DNA of 27,676 nucleotides from NCBI GenBank assembly GCA_019358935.1, contig JAHHIK010000109.1:1-27676 (forward strand). Reading direction: 5' to 3'. The stretch comes from Tolypothrix carrinoi HA7290-LM1. Lineage in GTDB: Bacteria > Cyanobacteriota > Cyanobacteriia > Cyanobacteriales > Nostocaceae. The translations under genes and the position numbers were made by a program. The notes below the pieces were generated by a model that made no database searches, had not been told where the DNA came from, and saw nothing but the letters and a program-made list of their open reading frames with translations. Below are positions 18,935-27,407 of the stretch, in pieces. The stretch's first letter is position 1, and every line of letters begins with the position of its first letter.

Positions 18935-19560
18935 GGTACAGCTTACCCATTAGTGCAAGATAGTCCAACCAGTCGATGGACGTTTTTCTGCGTTAGCGGC
19001 GTTAACATTATACAACTGCCGCTGTCACGAATGGTGGTACAGTTTACCCATTAGTGCAAGGTAGTCTAACCAGTCGATGGGCGTTAACAGCGTTAACATT
19101 ATACAACAACGCCTGTCACAAATGGTGGTACTCTCTCCAGGATGCAAGGAATGTTTGGTGTATACCAAAAAAGCCCTAATCGAAGGGGAATGTTACCTCA
19201 CTCTTTGGGAGAGCTTAAGCACTCGACGTAGCACACCGTGATACTGTGCAACCCATCACCCACAAGAGCGTTCTTCGATTGCCGACACCTGTTGTATTGC
19301 TGGATTGTTGGTGGCTGTCTTCTCCTACAGATAAGTCAGGTTGAGTGCATACCAAAAAAGCCCTAATTGAAAAGGGATGTTACCCATTAAAGGGAGAGCG
19401 ATCGCACTTCTCGACGTAGCACAACCGTGTCAGCAGCAACCCGCGCATAGCACAGTACCACCCATTGGTTTCAGCATCACCCACAATAGCGCAAGACTTC
19501 TAGATGCTGAATTATTGGTGGCTGTCTGACCCACAGATGCAAGGAATGTTTGCTGCATCC
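18935..19560. repeat. Repeat-rich non-coding region upstream of mobC (candidate oriT)
   Basis: Two ~100-bp units (18935, 19036) followed by two and a bit ~190-205-bp degenerate units (19141-19560). Confidence 0.7.
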
Positions 19561-19634
19561 GAAATTCCGCAATTCTAAGGTGGACGTTACTGTTATTAGC
19601 TAGCTACGGTAATTGGTTGTAACCACAACTAGTT

Positions 19635-20045
19635 ATGCAAACGGATAGTCAGAAAAAGAAAAAGAATAAGGCTTTATCTACAACCGACAAAACTACTACA
19701 AGTAGAAGAACCATTCGTCATCCAGTTAGCTTTTCACAACTTGAAAGCGAAAAAATCAAGCAATATGCCTTTAATAGCAAACTATCTATTTCCGAATATC
19801 TGCGTCGTGCAGGATTAAGACGAAAAATCACCACTCCATTGTTAAAAGAACAGTGGCAATTTTACAACCAACTTGCACAATTTAAATTGATTGCCAGCCA
19901 ACTTAAACTTTGTTTAACAGTAGCAGCAGACAATAACGATATTGGCAATATTGTCGAACAACTCGAACAACTGCATTTAGATATGTGGACAACCACGCAA
20001 CAGTTGTTAAGTATAGATGTGGATGATGAAACTGAAACTTTATAA
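19635..20045 (+). CDS. mobC: Relaxosome accessory protein MobC (RHH)
   Basis: RTIRHPVSFSQLESEKIKQYAFNSKLSISEYLRRAGL; immediately upstream of the relaxase. Confidence 0.8.
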   Translation: MQTDSQKKKKNKALSTTDKTTTSRRTIRHPVSFSQLESEKIKQYAFNSKLSISEYLRRAGLRRKITTPLLKEQWQFYNQLAQFKLIASQLKLCLTVAADNNDIGNIVEQLEQLHLDMWTTTQQLLSIDVDDETETL

Positions 20046-20078
20046 AATTGAATTAGTACTGGGTGAAAGGAAGATATA

Positions 20079-22190
20079 TTGATTCCCAAAATCTTTAAAC
20101 ATGGTAACTTTCTCCCCACTCTCAAGTATGTACTGGAGAAAGAAGGTGCATCAATTATCGGCACTAATATGAATAGTGCTACACCCAACGAACTAGCAAG
20201 AGAATTCTCACTTGCAAAGCGCTCGAACCCAGAATTTAAGAATGCTTGCGCCCATATAATACTGTCAATACCCAATCGTAGTAGCGAACATGCTAATGGC
20301 GAATATCACGAACATTTAAATGATTTGCAATATAGCACTGTCGGTCAACGCTTCCTAGAAGATATGGAATATTTGGGTGAGGGGTTGCACAAAAGTCAGT
20401 ATGTAATGGGCAGACATACTGATAGAGAACACGAACACATACATATTATCGCTTCTCGAATTAAGATGGATGCTACTGTAGTTCCAGATTCGTGGGACTA
20501 TAGGAAAGCCGAAGTAGCAGCACGCAAGTTGGAAGAGGAATTTGGGTTAGAGCCAACACCTTGCAGCAATGAAAAAGTTGTCCAAAAGCTCCAAGAAATA
20601 GGAATTATTGCAAGCGTTAGTCCTACGCTTAGAAAACCGCAAACTATCAAACAGTTAAAGCATACATCAGGTAAACCACCAATAGTCGAATTAATCGCAG
20701 ACGCAGTTGATGAAGCCGCAGTAGATAAACCAACCTTTACTCAACTAGTTAGCCGACTAAAAGAGAAGAATATAATCGTCCATCCCAAGTTGGATAATCA
20801 GGACAAGATATTGGGTATTGCCTATGAGATGAATGATGTCAAAATAGCTGGATACAGAATTGGTAAGGGATACTCGTTCCCCGGTTTACAAAAGTATTTT
20901 GGAGTAGTATATGGAGAGTCAGGACAACAACAAGCCACAGTGGGAGCAACAAATAAGCGAAGACGAAAACGATTTACAGACGCAGCAAGCATTAAACGAA
21001 TTACTGCAAGTCTTGAACCAATTGCCGCAATCCTTAACACAGTGGGTGGAGAAAGTTCAGTCGGTAGAGAATCAACAAGTATTGATAAAATCGGAGATAG
21101 CCAATCTATCACAGACGATGCAAGCGTTATCGAATCAACTATCGACTCCGAAGCAATTAATAACCAACCTGACAGAAGCGATTCAGAAGATAGAACAGCA
21201 ACTAGCAACCAACAACCAAATATTGGGCAACCAAGCAACTCAGTTAAACCAACTAAAGGAAATAGAAAAAACCAACGCAGCAATTCAGAAACTAGAGAAG
21301 TTGTTGCCGAAGAAGTACCCGTTCAAGCTGATGCTGTCGGAGCAGATATTCACCTACAGGGGGCTAGCGGGGCTGCTAGCAATGATGGGAGTAATATCAG
21401 GAGCAACAGCCTGGATGCTGATACATTTCCTGCCGCCAGAGGTACTCAACCGCACCAACAACAGGGCGAACAGTATCGAGATTCGGTTACAGAAGATAGA
21501 GGAGAAACTTCAGAAGTAAGTACGGAATCAATCCCGAATTATAGTGCTGACTGGTTAACTAAACTACAACAAGAACCATTATTTCAACAATTAGTAGAAC
21601 ATAATGGTGGTTTTTTCCTAGCCTTCCGTAAGATACAGGAAATACTCAACTCCAGCAGTTCAACTACACCAGATACTGCTGTTGAATCAGAACCAACTCA
21701 GAATCAAAAAGTAGAACCAACTGTACCAGATAAGTCAACTCAAAGTGCTAAAAAACTAAACATTAAGCAACAGTCAACCACTCCTCAAGAGGAAAAACTG
21801 CAACAGCAGTATGTAGAAACGATTGCACCAATTGTTCGTAACTTTTGGCATCTGCAAGGGAGACACAAGCGGTATCGAAGTTCTAGGCACGAACTGGTTC
21901 TAGAAAATGATATTTTTCAGCTAAAACGTACAAGTGGTGAAGAATTAGCCTTAATTCCACTTGATCCAAGTAAACCAGCTAGAGCGAAGAATTTGACACA
22001 AGATGATGTTCAAATATTTTTGGGCTACCAAGAGGAGTTGAACGAAATAGAAAAGCAGAAACAAGTAGAAACTTCCCAGAAGCAACAACCCCGACAGCAG
22101 CCAAGCTTTCAGAAGCCACAACAACCAAAGCGCGATCGCACGAAGCATCCGCCTCAAAGAGGCAATCGCGTTTCGGGTCTGGATTTGTGA
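20079..22190 (+). CDS. mobA: MOB_P-type HUH relaxase with long C-terminal extension
   Basis: Motif I FLPTLKYVL, motif II HIILSIP, motif III HTDREHEHIHII; TTG start. Confidence 0.9.
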   Translation: MIPKIFKHGNFLPTLKYVLEKEGASIIGTNMNSATPNELAREFSLAKRSNPEFKNACAHIILSIPNRSSEHANGEYHEHLNDLQYSTVGQRFLEDMEYLGEGLHKSQYVMGRHTDREHEHIHIIASRIKMDATVVPDSWDYRKAEVAARKLEEEFGLEPTPCSNEKVVQKLQEIGIIASVSPTLRKPQTIKQLKHTSGKPPIVELIADAVDEAAVDKPTFTQLVSRLKEKNIIVHPKLDNQDKILGIAYEMNDVKIAGYRIGKGYSFPGLQKYFGVVYGESGQQQATVGATNKRRRKRFTDAASIKRITASLEPIAAILNTVGGESSVGRESTSIDKIGDSQSITDDASVIESTIDSEAINNQPDRSDSEDRTATSNQQPNIGQPSNSVKPTKGNRKNQRSNSETREVVAEEVPVQADAVGADIHLQGASGAASNDGSNIRSNSLDADTFPAARGTQPHQQQGEQYRDSVTEDRGETSEVSTESIPNYSADWLTKLQQEPLFQQLVEHNGGFFLAFRKIQEILNSSSSTTPDTAVESEPTQNQKVEPTVPDKSTQSAKKLNIKQQSTTPQEEKLQQQYVETIAPIVRNFWHLQGRHKRYRSSRHELVLENDIFQLKRTSGEELALIPLDPSKPARAKNLTQDDVQIFLGYQEELNEIEKQKQVETSQKQQPRQQPSFQKPQQPKRDRTKHPPQRGNRVSGLDL
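20911..21519 (+). CDS. Overprinted MobB/MbeB-like coiled-coil membrane protein inside the relaxase gene (+1 frame)
   Basis: 202-aa ATG ORF with heptad pattern and a TM helix GLAGLLAMMGVISGATAWMLIHFL. The relaxase frame is low-complexity over the same interval. Confidence 0.7.
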   Translation: MESQDNNKPQWEQQISEDENDLQTQQALNELLQVLNQLPQSLTQWVEKVQSVENQQVLIKSEIANLSQTMQALSNQLSTPKQLITNLTEAIQKIEQQLATNNQILGNQATQLNQLKEIEKTNAAIQKLEKLLPKKYPFKLMLSEQIFTYRGLAGLLAMMGVISGATAWMLIHFLPPEVLNRTNNRANSIEIRLQKIEEKLQK

Positions 22191-22525
22191 TAGCGCCACC
22201 CATAAATGCCATAAATGCCAAGCGTACGGTGGCAGGCTGCGATGCCAATACAGTATTGGTTGGACTTATCAATCAAGGCAAAAGGCGCGTCAGTTGTGCG
22301 ATCGCCCAAACTTTGAAAAAGACTGATAATCTCCCAGTTCCACCAAGTTTGTCACAGCAGTACGGTGGCAGACTGCTGTTACCACGTTCCTTATTGGGGC
22401 CACCTCTGTGTAAACAGTTAAACACGCGTCGTCGGGGCGACTCAAGAAGCGCGCGTTTAACAAAATGCTACGCTGACCCTTATGATGACGATAGCCACAA
22501 GTAAAAACCGTACCTTGTTAAGTCA

Positions 22526-22901
22526 ATGAAATGGATCTTAACAATTGCTCTGATTTTGAGCAGCACCACCCAATATCCAGCACAAGTAACAGCCCAAACT
22601 AAACGCACAAGTAACAGCCCAAACTAAACAACCAGCAACTACTAAGCAGCCTACACAACCAAGCAGCGGTGTTACTTTACCTCAACAGCGTACCTCTCGA
22701 CCAGTTTTTGTTTTGCCAAAAACACCTGCTCGGTTAAGTCCTGTATCTGGGCGTAGAGCCGGAATGGGCAGCCGGGATAATTGTCCTGCCGTTGAGACTG
22801 CACTCACTGCTTTAGTACCGTTGCGAGAGGAACAAAAGGTTAACAAACAGACAGACAAATCAATTTCGGGGATTGTGGAGGGGCTAACCACCTCTGAACG
22901 C
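22526..22901 (+). pseudogene. DUF928-family gene remnant
   Basis: Signal-peptide-like MKWILTIALILSS; frameshifted by a 25-bp tandem duplication (22580-22629); then GRRAGMGSRDNCP..LTALVP..GLTTSER, cut off at agggcaaacgca. Confidence 0.75.
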
Positions 22902-23127
22902 AGGGCAAACGCATCTAATTTGCTTCAATTCAATATAATGAAGTTTAAAAGTTGTGCTGCGACCCTCCAAAAAGAGCGAACACTATTTTTAATTAACAAA
23001 GCTTTAGTTTAAGAAATTTTTTATAAAAAAATCTAATCTTTCAAGGTAAAAAGTAAATTAATTTACAGAATCTAAGAAAGTTTGTCCTAAACATTTCTTA
23101 AAAATAATTTTTATTTCAAAAAACTAC

Positions 23128-23160
23128 CTAGTACAGCAGGGCGTAAGTAAGCTGACCATT
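23128..23160. mobile_element. Isolated end of a CTAG-flanked Nostoc-type MITE
   Basis: ctagtacagcagggcgtaagtaagctgaccatt resembles the left end at 24689 (ctagtatgtcacggcgtaaatagagcaaccatt). Confidence 0.5.
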
Positions 23161-23835
23161 ATTGTGAATTACAAACTGCTTAAACCACAAGTGTTTCGGC
23201 TTTTCTTAGAACCTGATTCTCTTTGCTTTCTCCTTTTACCGAAATAAATCCTTATCTAGAGCATCCTTCTCTGTAGGTAGGAATCCACTATCAATTAATT
23301 ATGGCGATCGCAAATGACTTCGCCTTCCTGCATTGTTAAAACCCGATCTCGCGAGGGATGGATGAGAAATTGCAAGAGCAGGAGTGACTTCGGTTATTCA
23401 CTTATTTGTATAAAATATTCTTTTTAGCTCACCACTGATGGTAATACAATCGAATATTTTCAATTCTGCTCCTCTGCAACTCTTGAGTTACACCGACCCA
23501 CATACCAGGAACAGTTGGTTGATGTTGGTAGAAAGCATGTACTTTGTAGGCTATATTGTTGAACTCATATCTTGCATCTATCCGTAGAAAAGCGTACAAG
23601 CTAAAAAGATGCGCTCATAAGCTACATGATTTTTCTTGGCTTTTCTCCCTAAGTAAAGGACTTTTGGTTTAATACTGAGTGACAAAATATCATCAATTTT
23701 TCTTGGTGCAAGATTTGAGTGAACGCATTGGAGCATCATAAGCATTGCTAATAGTTTTAGTAGCATATTGCACTTAACTCTGCGTAAGCAATTATTAATG
23801 CTCGCCCTGAAGAGAAAACTTTTTGGTTTACTGAT

Positions 23836-23977
23836 AGTGAATAAACTCATCTCACCGCTACCAATTAAGAATCAGAAGGTTCAGCTAAAAACCTCTGATT
23901 TTCCACAGTGAATAAACTCATCTCACTGCTACCAATTAAGAATCAGAAGGTTCAGCTAAAAACCTTTGATTTTCCAC
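23836..23977 (+). repeat. 71-bp tandem duplication, each unit with a hairpin
   Basis: Units at 23836 and 23907 differ at 2 positions; stem aatcagaaggtt/aacctYtgatt. Confidence 0.9.
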
Positions 23978-24036
23978 ACCGATTTTCCACACTGAACAAA
24001 CCAATCTCATCAATTTAATCAAAAGGAGATCTAATT

Positions 24037-24297
24037 ATGACCTACCCAAATAGTAATTCTACCCCTTGCGAGTTCACTATTCCCATCAAATTGAATGTAC
24101 CTATCGACATCTATCCAGTACTAAATGTGCATTCAGCACCTGCTAAACAAGAGAAATTACCTGTTTATTTACAGCCCGATCTCTTCTTGACACCACAAGT
24201 GTTGGCACAACCACAAAAGTGCAATAGTCTCCCTGAAAATGGTCAGGAGTACAACAGACAGCAGTTACCTACCCAACCAATCCAACCATCTCCATAA
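24037..24297 (+). CDS. Small Pro-rich beta-strand protein, copy A (unknown function)
   Basis: AAGGAG RBS; 86 aa; paralogue follows. Confidence 0.8.
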   Translation: MTYPNSNSTPCEFTIPIKLNVPIDIYPVLNVHSAPAKQEKLPVYLQPDLFLTPQVLAQPQKCNSLPENGQEYNRQQLPTQPIQPSP

Positions 24298-24347
24298 TCC
24301 AATCTCATCAATTCAAATCATTCATTAATCAAGCATAAGATCTAATC

Positions 24348-24569
24348 ATGACCTACCCAAATACTAATTGTACCCCTTGCGAGTTCACTATTCCCATCAA
24401 ATTGAATGTACCTATCGACATCTATCCAGTACTAAATGTGCATTCAGCACCTGCTAAACAAGAGAAATTACCTGTTTATTTACAGCCCGATCTCTTCTTG
24501 ACACCACAAGTGTTGGCACTACCACAGAAGTGTGAATACCTCCCTGAAAATAGTTACCACAAACAGTAG
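24348..24569 (+). CDS. Small Pro-rich beta-strand protein, copy B
   Basis: Nearly identical to copy A over the first ~68 aa; different C-terminus. Confidence 0.8.
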   Translation: MTYPNTNCTPCEFTIPIKLNVPIDIYPVLNVHSAPAKQEKLPVYLQPDLFLTPQVLALPQKCEYLPENSYHKQ

Positions 24570-24646
24570 TCCCCTACCCAACTACAGTCATTTGTCGCAA
24601 TACAGTTTGGGAGTTTAACTGTTGATTTTAGGTAAATGTCTGTTAT

Positions 24647-24686
24647 AGAAGGCTTTTTAACCACCTTTTAAGGTGGTAGCCTTCTT
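24647..24686. terminator. Hairpin after the duplicated small genes
   Basis: agaaggct..ccacctt/aaggtgg..agccttct. Confidence 0.5.
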
Positions 24687-24688
24687 AA

Positions 24689-24802
24689 CTAGTATGTCAC
24701 GGCGTAAATAGAGCAACCATTTAAAATCCACAAAAAGCCCATTCCATAATACTTTTGAATGCGTGAATGCGTGAATGCGTGACTTCCGCCTTGCGGTGCT
24801 AG
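24689..24802. mobile_element. Short CTAG-flanked MITE-like element
   Basis: CTAG at both ends; imperfect terminal inverted repeats (ctagta..ggcgtaa / ttccgccttgcggtgctag); internal (tgaatgcg)x3. Confidence 0.65.
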
Positions 24803-24859
24803 ACTACCATTTTTTGTTTTTTTGTCCCTGTTTAAACACATTAATCTTTATAGAAGCTT

Positions 24860-25375
24860 ATGTCTGTTACACCCTCATATAATCCCAATTCAGAAGGACG
24901 CAAATTTCAGATATCTTTAATGTTAAAAATGCCTATTGACATAGAACTAGAATTTTCAGGAATGCCGTCGGCAAACTATAACCAAGTAGAGGGGAATTCT
25001 GAATCTGCGGTAGTAATTAGTAATAAGGGTAAACCTGAGTTGGTAGATGTCCAAGTTTTATCCAATCAAATACTAAATCAGCTATTGCAAGCTTGTCAAG
25101 AAACTACCACATCACAGTACGAGCAAGACAATTTAGGAAATAATCAAGAAGATACCAATTTAGCAGAACTTAAGAGTGTAGATACCTTGTTAGCAAATGT
25201 TGTAGCGAACCAACAATTTACACCACCAGCAGCTATCCAACAACTTACAACACCAATGGAGAAAAAACAAAGAGGACGCCTGTTAGACTTAATCAACGAT
25301 AGTTTCACCCTATCAATTAACTCTATAGGCACAATATTTTTCCTCGGCAAACTTGCCAACTATAGTTGGGAGTAA
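24860..25375 (+). CDS. Hypothetical protein sharing its N-terminal motif with the two small proteins
   Basis: FQISLMLKMPIDI versus FTIPIKLNVPIDI; Q/N-rich middle; hydrophobic C-terminus. Confidence 0.7.
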   Translation: MSVTPSYNPNSEGRKFQISLMLKMPIDIELEFSGMPSANYNQVEGNSESAVVISNKGKPELVDVQVLSNQILNQLLQACQETTTSQYEQDNLGNNQEDTNLAELKSVDTLLANVVANQQFTPPAAIQQLTTPMEKKQRGRLLDLINDSFTLSINSIGTIFFLGKLANYSWE

Positions 25376-25421
25376 TGCAACTTCCTTGATGAATTTACCT
25401 TTAATTTAAAGATAATTTTTG

Positions 25422-25454
25422 CCACATGTAGTTTATCTTAGAAACTACATGTGG
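25422..25454. terminator. Hairpin terminator
   Basis: ccacatgtagttt-atcttag-aaactacatgtgg followed by ttt. Confidence 0.65.
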
Positions 25455-25477
25455 TTTATAATGATAGTAAAAGTGTT

Positions 25478-25770
25478 TATAGCGGTTCTCGTTTACGTGA
25501 AATACACCCGTAGGGGCACGTACTGCCCATTTGTGTCAACTTAACCCTTCGGCTTCGCTCAGGGTTAAAGCCGAGCGGAGTCGAGGCTTTAACGTGAAAC
25601 CCTTGTCAAGACAGGATTTTGAGTTCACTCACTTACCATTACGATCCGCGTCACCCCACCCCGGTTTTGTCTAAAGCTAAAACCGCCCCTCCCCGATGCT
25701 TTGGGGCTACGGTGTACACACAAGTCTCTACGTTGTTCTTTGAATCTGGGTTTTACTCCACCCTAACCAC
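25478..25770. mobile_element. Nest of REP/MITE fragments
   Basis: Consecutive motifs typical of cyanobacterial intergenic repeats: cccgtaggggcacg, cccttcggcttcgctcaggg..gccgagcggagtcgaggc, ggttttgtc..aaaacc, ctacggtgtacacacaagtc. Confidence 0.55.
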
Positions 25771-25775
25771 TGCTT

Positions 25776-25995
25776 GAATTCAATAAACGACCGCCCGAAT
25801 TCAATAAACGACCGCCCGAATTCAATAAACGACCGCCCGAATTCAATAAACGACCGCCCGAATTCAATAAACGACCGCCCGAATTCAATAAACGACCACC
25901 CGAATTCAATAAACGACCACCCGAATTCAATAAACGACCACCCGAATTCAATAAATGACCACCCGAATTCAATAAATGACCACCCGAATTCAATA
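25776..25995. repeat. 21-bp VNTR, 10 full units plus a partial unit
   Basis: gaattcaataaaYgaccRccc repeated from 25776 with no spacers. Confidence 0.97.
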
Positions 25996-26012
25996 TATTT
26001 TTTGAATTGAAG

Positions 26013-26037
26013 CCCAATCCGGCTGAACCGGATTGGG
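26013..26037 (-). terminator. Hairpin downstream of the glucanase gene
   Basis: cccaatccgg-ctgaa-ccggattggg. Confidence 0.55.
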
Positions 26038-26103
26038 GCGTAGGACGTGCTTTGGGATCGCACTCGTCGTTAATATGCACTAGCAAGACTGAGAAACACT
26101 ATA

Positions 26104-27210
26104 TCAATCCCAACGTATAGTTACCTTCAATTCTCGAGGAACTGTATGTTCAAGTAAAGTACTTTGCTCGCACACATCATCAAATGGGAATCCATAAGCT
26201 TTTTTATTTATGCTATGAAGATGCCAGAATTCAGCATAATAATTAGCAGAAGCTTCTTTGTAGTACTCTGTTGGTTCACATTTTTTTTCTGGATGCTCTA
26301 ATATATGCCTGTTAAACATGGCGCTAATTTGAGCTTGAATTGCCTTTTGAATCCCATCGCCTATTGCAAATACTCCACTACATTCAAAAACTTCCCAGGA
26401 TTTAGGATAGTTAATTGTATACTTTGTATCAGGAGAATCAGCTTTGGTAAAAGTAAAGATGTTATTTTCTACTTTTCCGATAAATGTTCCCTGTGGTATT
26501 GTAAGTTCAAGTTGATATTTCGTGTAATATCGCCACATCCTGCTAATATAATCATCGAAGTATGTTGCGTTATCGCCACCATTACCAAAACTTCCTTTAA
26601 ATGGCGCTATTATTCTAAATGGCTGTTTTTTTTCTTCGTCTGGTTTTTGAACCAAAGATTTAAATTCTTCTGGCACTGTATCAGCGTATTTAGCAAATAA
26701 ATCGCTCCTTTTTCTATCTTCAAGTATGCCAGCTTGTTGTCGATATCCATCAGTTGCTATTAATTCAATGATCATTGGAAACCCAAATTGGTCTACTTGA
26801 GTAGTATTGCCGTGGAAGCCTCTATCATCAAAGGTAAACTCTATCCAATCAAAGTAAACCTTTACATTCGGGTCAGATGGATTAGCCGTGTCCGGTTGAA
26901 TAAAAGTATTTGCGTGACTGATTTTAAAAAACATTGGTGAACCCAGACTAATGTAAGCTCTACCCGAATCAATATGTGGAACTTCTATTTGAGGAACCTC
27001 ATTAATAGTGTATGAATAATTACACCAATTTTCATTGTTTATTGGTACATTATTATCGCTAACATGACATGGAATTAAGTCACCATCTTTATTGAGGTGA
27101 CAAGTTTGACCCGATTCATTATTACCAATAATTGCAAAGTAAATTTCCCCCTTTCCGTCTGTATTGTTGATAAATGATTGGTTTGTCTCATCGATAAATG
27201 TAAATTTCAT
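26104..27210 (-). CDS. GH64 beta-1,3-glucanase (laminaripentaose-producing family)
   Basis: SGRAYIS, NPSDPN, FDWIEFT, NTTQVDQFGFP, RIIAP, NYYAEFWH, KAYGFPFDDV. AAGGAG RBS supports ATG 27210 (368 aa). Confidence 0.88.
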   Translation of the reverse strand: MKFTFIDETNQSFINNTDGKGEIYFAIIGNNESGQTCHLNKDGDLIPCHVSDNNVPINNENWCNYSYTINEVPQIEVPHIDSGRAYISLGSPMFFKISHANTFIQPDTANPSDPNVKVYFDWIEFTFDDRGFHGNTTQVDQFGFPMIIELIATDGYRQQAGILEDRKRSDLFAKYADTVPEEFKSLVQKPDEEKKQPFRIIAPFKGSFGNGGDNATYFDDYISRMWRYYTKYQLELTIPQGTFIGKVENNIFTFTKADSPDTKYTINYPKSWEVFECSGVFAIGDGIQKAIQAQISAMFNRHILEHPEKKCEPTEYYKEASANYYAEFWHLHSINKKAYGFPFDDVCEQSTLLEHTVPRELKVTIRWD

Positions 27211-27407
27211 GATGTTACTCCTTGAAAATTGAGTTGTATGGTTCTTTGCTACAGATTTTGTGCGACGATCGCACGGGTTCACTGATGAAAAGTGGAACGC
27301 AAACATTTAAACGAGGCAACTGCACCTGCAAGAGTGATGAGAAAATATTGTTTAGTAATTCGCCATGCACCATGCGATACGCGCAACATCAAGCCAGAGG
27401 CTTATCG

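Noticed and set aside
22187..22504. 105-aa ORF overlapping the relaxase stop, with a repeated gtacggtggcagRctgc
   Set aside because: No recognisable protein features; looks like junction debris.
22713..23012. 99-aa ORF as an intact gene
   Set aside because: It is the middle of the DUF928 pseudogene reading through into unrelated sequence.
23430..23850. Minus-strand 90-aa ORF and an adjacent open frame
   Set aside because: No RBS and no recognisable motif; possibly decayed sequence.
24037..24569. Small duplicated proteins as RiPP precursors or gas-vesicle proteins
   Set aside because: No leader/core cleavage motif, no modifying enzymes nearby, and no GvpA signature.
25728..26086. Three repeat-peptide ORFs (IEFGRSF, LLNSGGR, NSINDRP) and a possible CRISPR array
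   Set aside because: The ORFs are by-products of a stop-free 21-bp tandem repeat and lack an RBS. There are no unique spacers and no cas genes.
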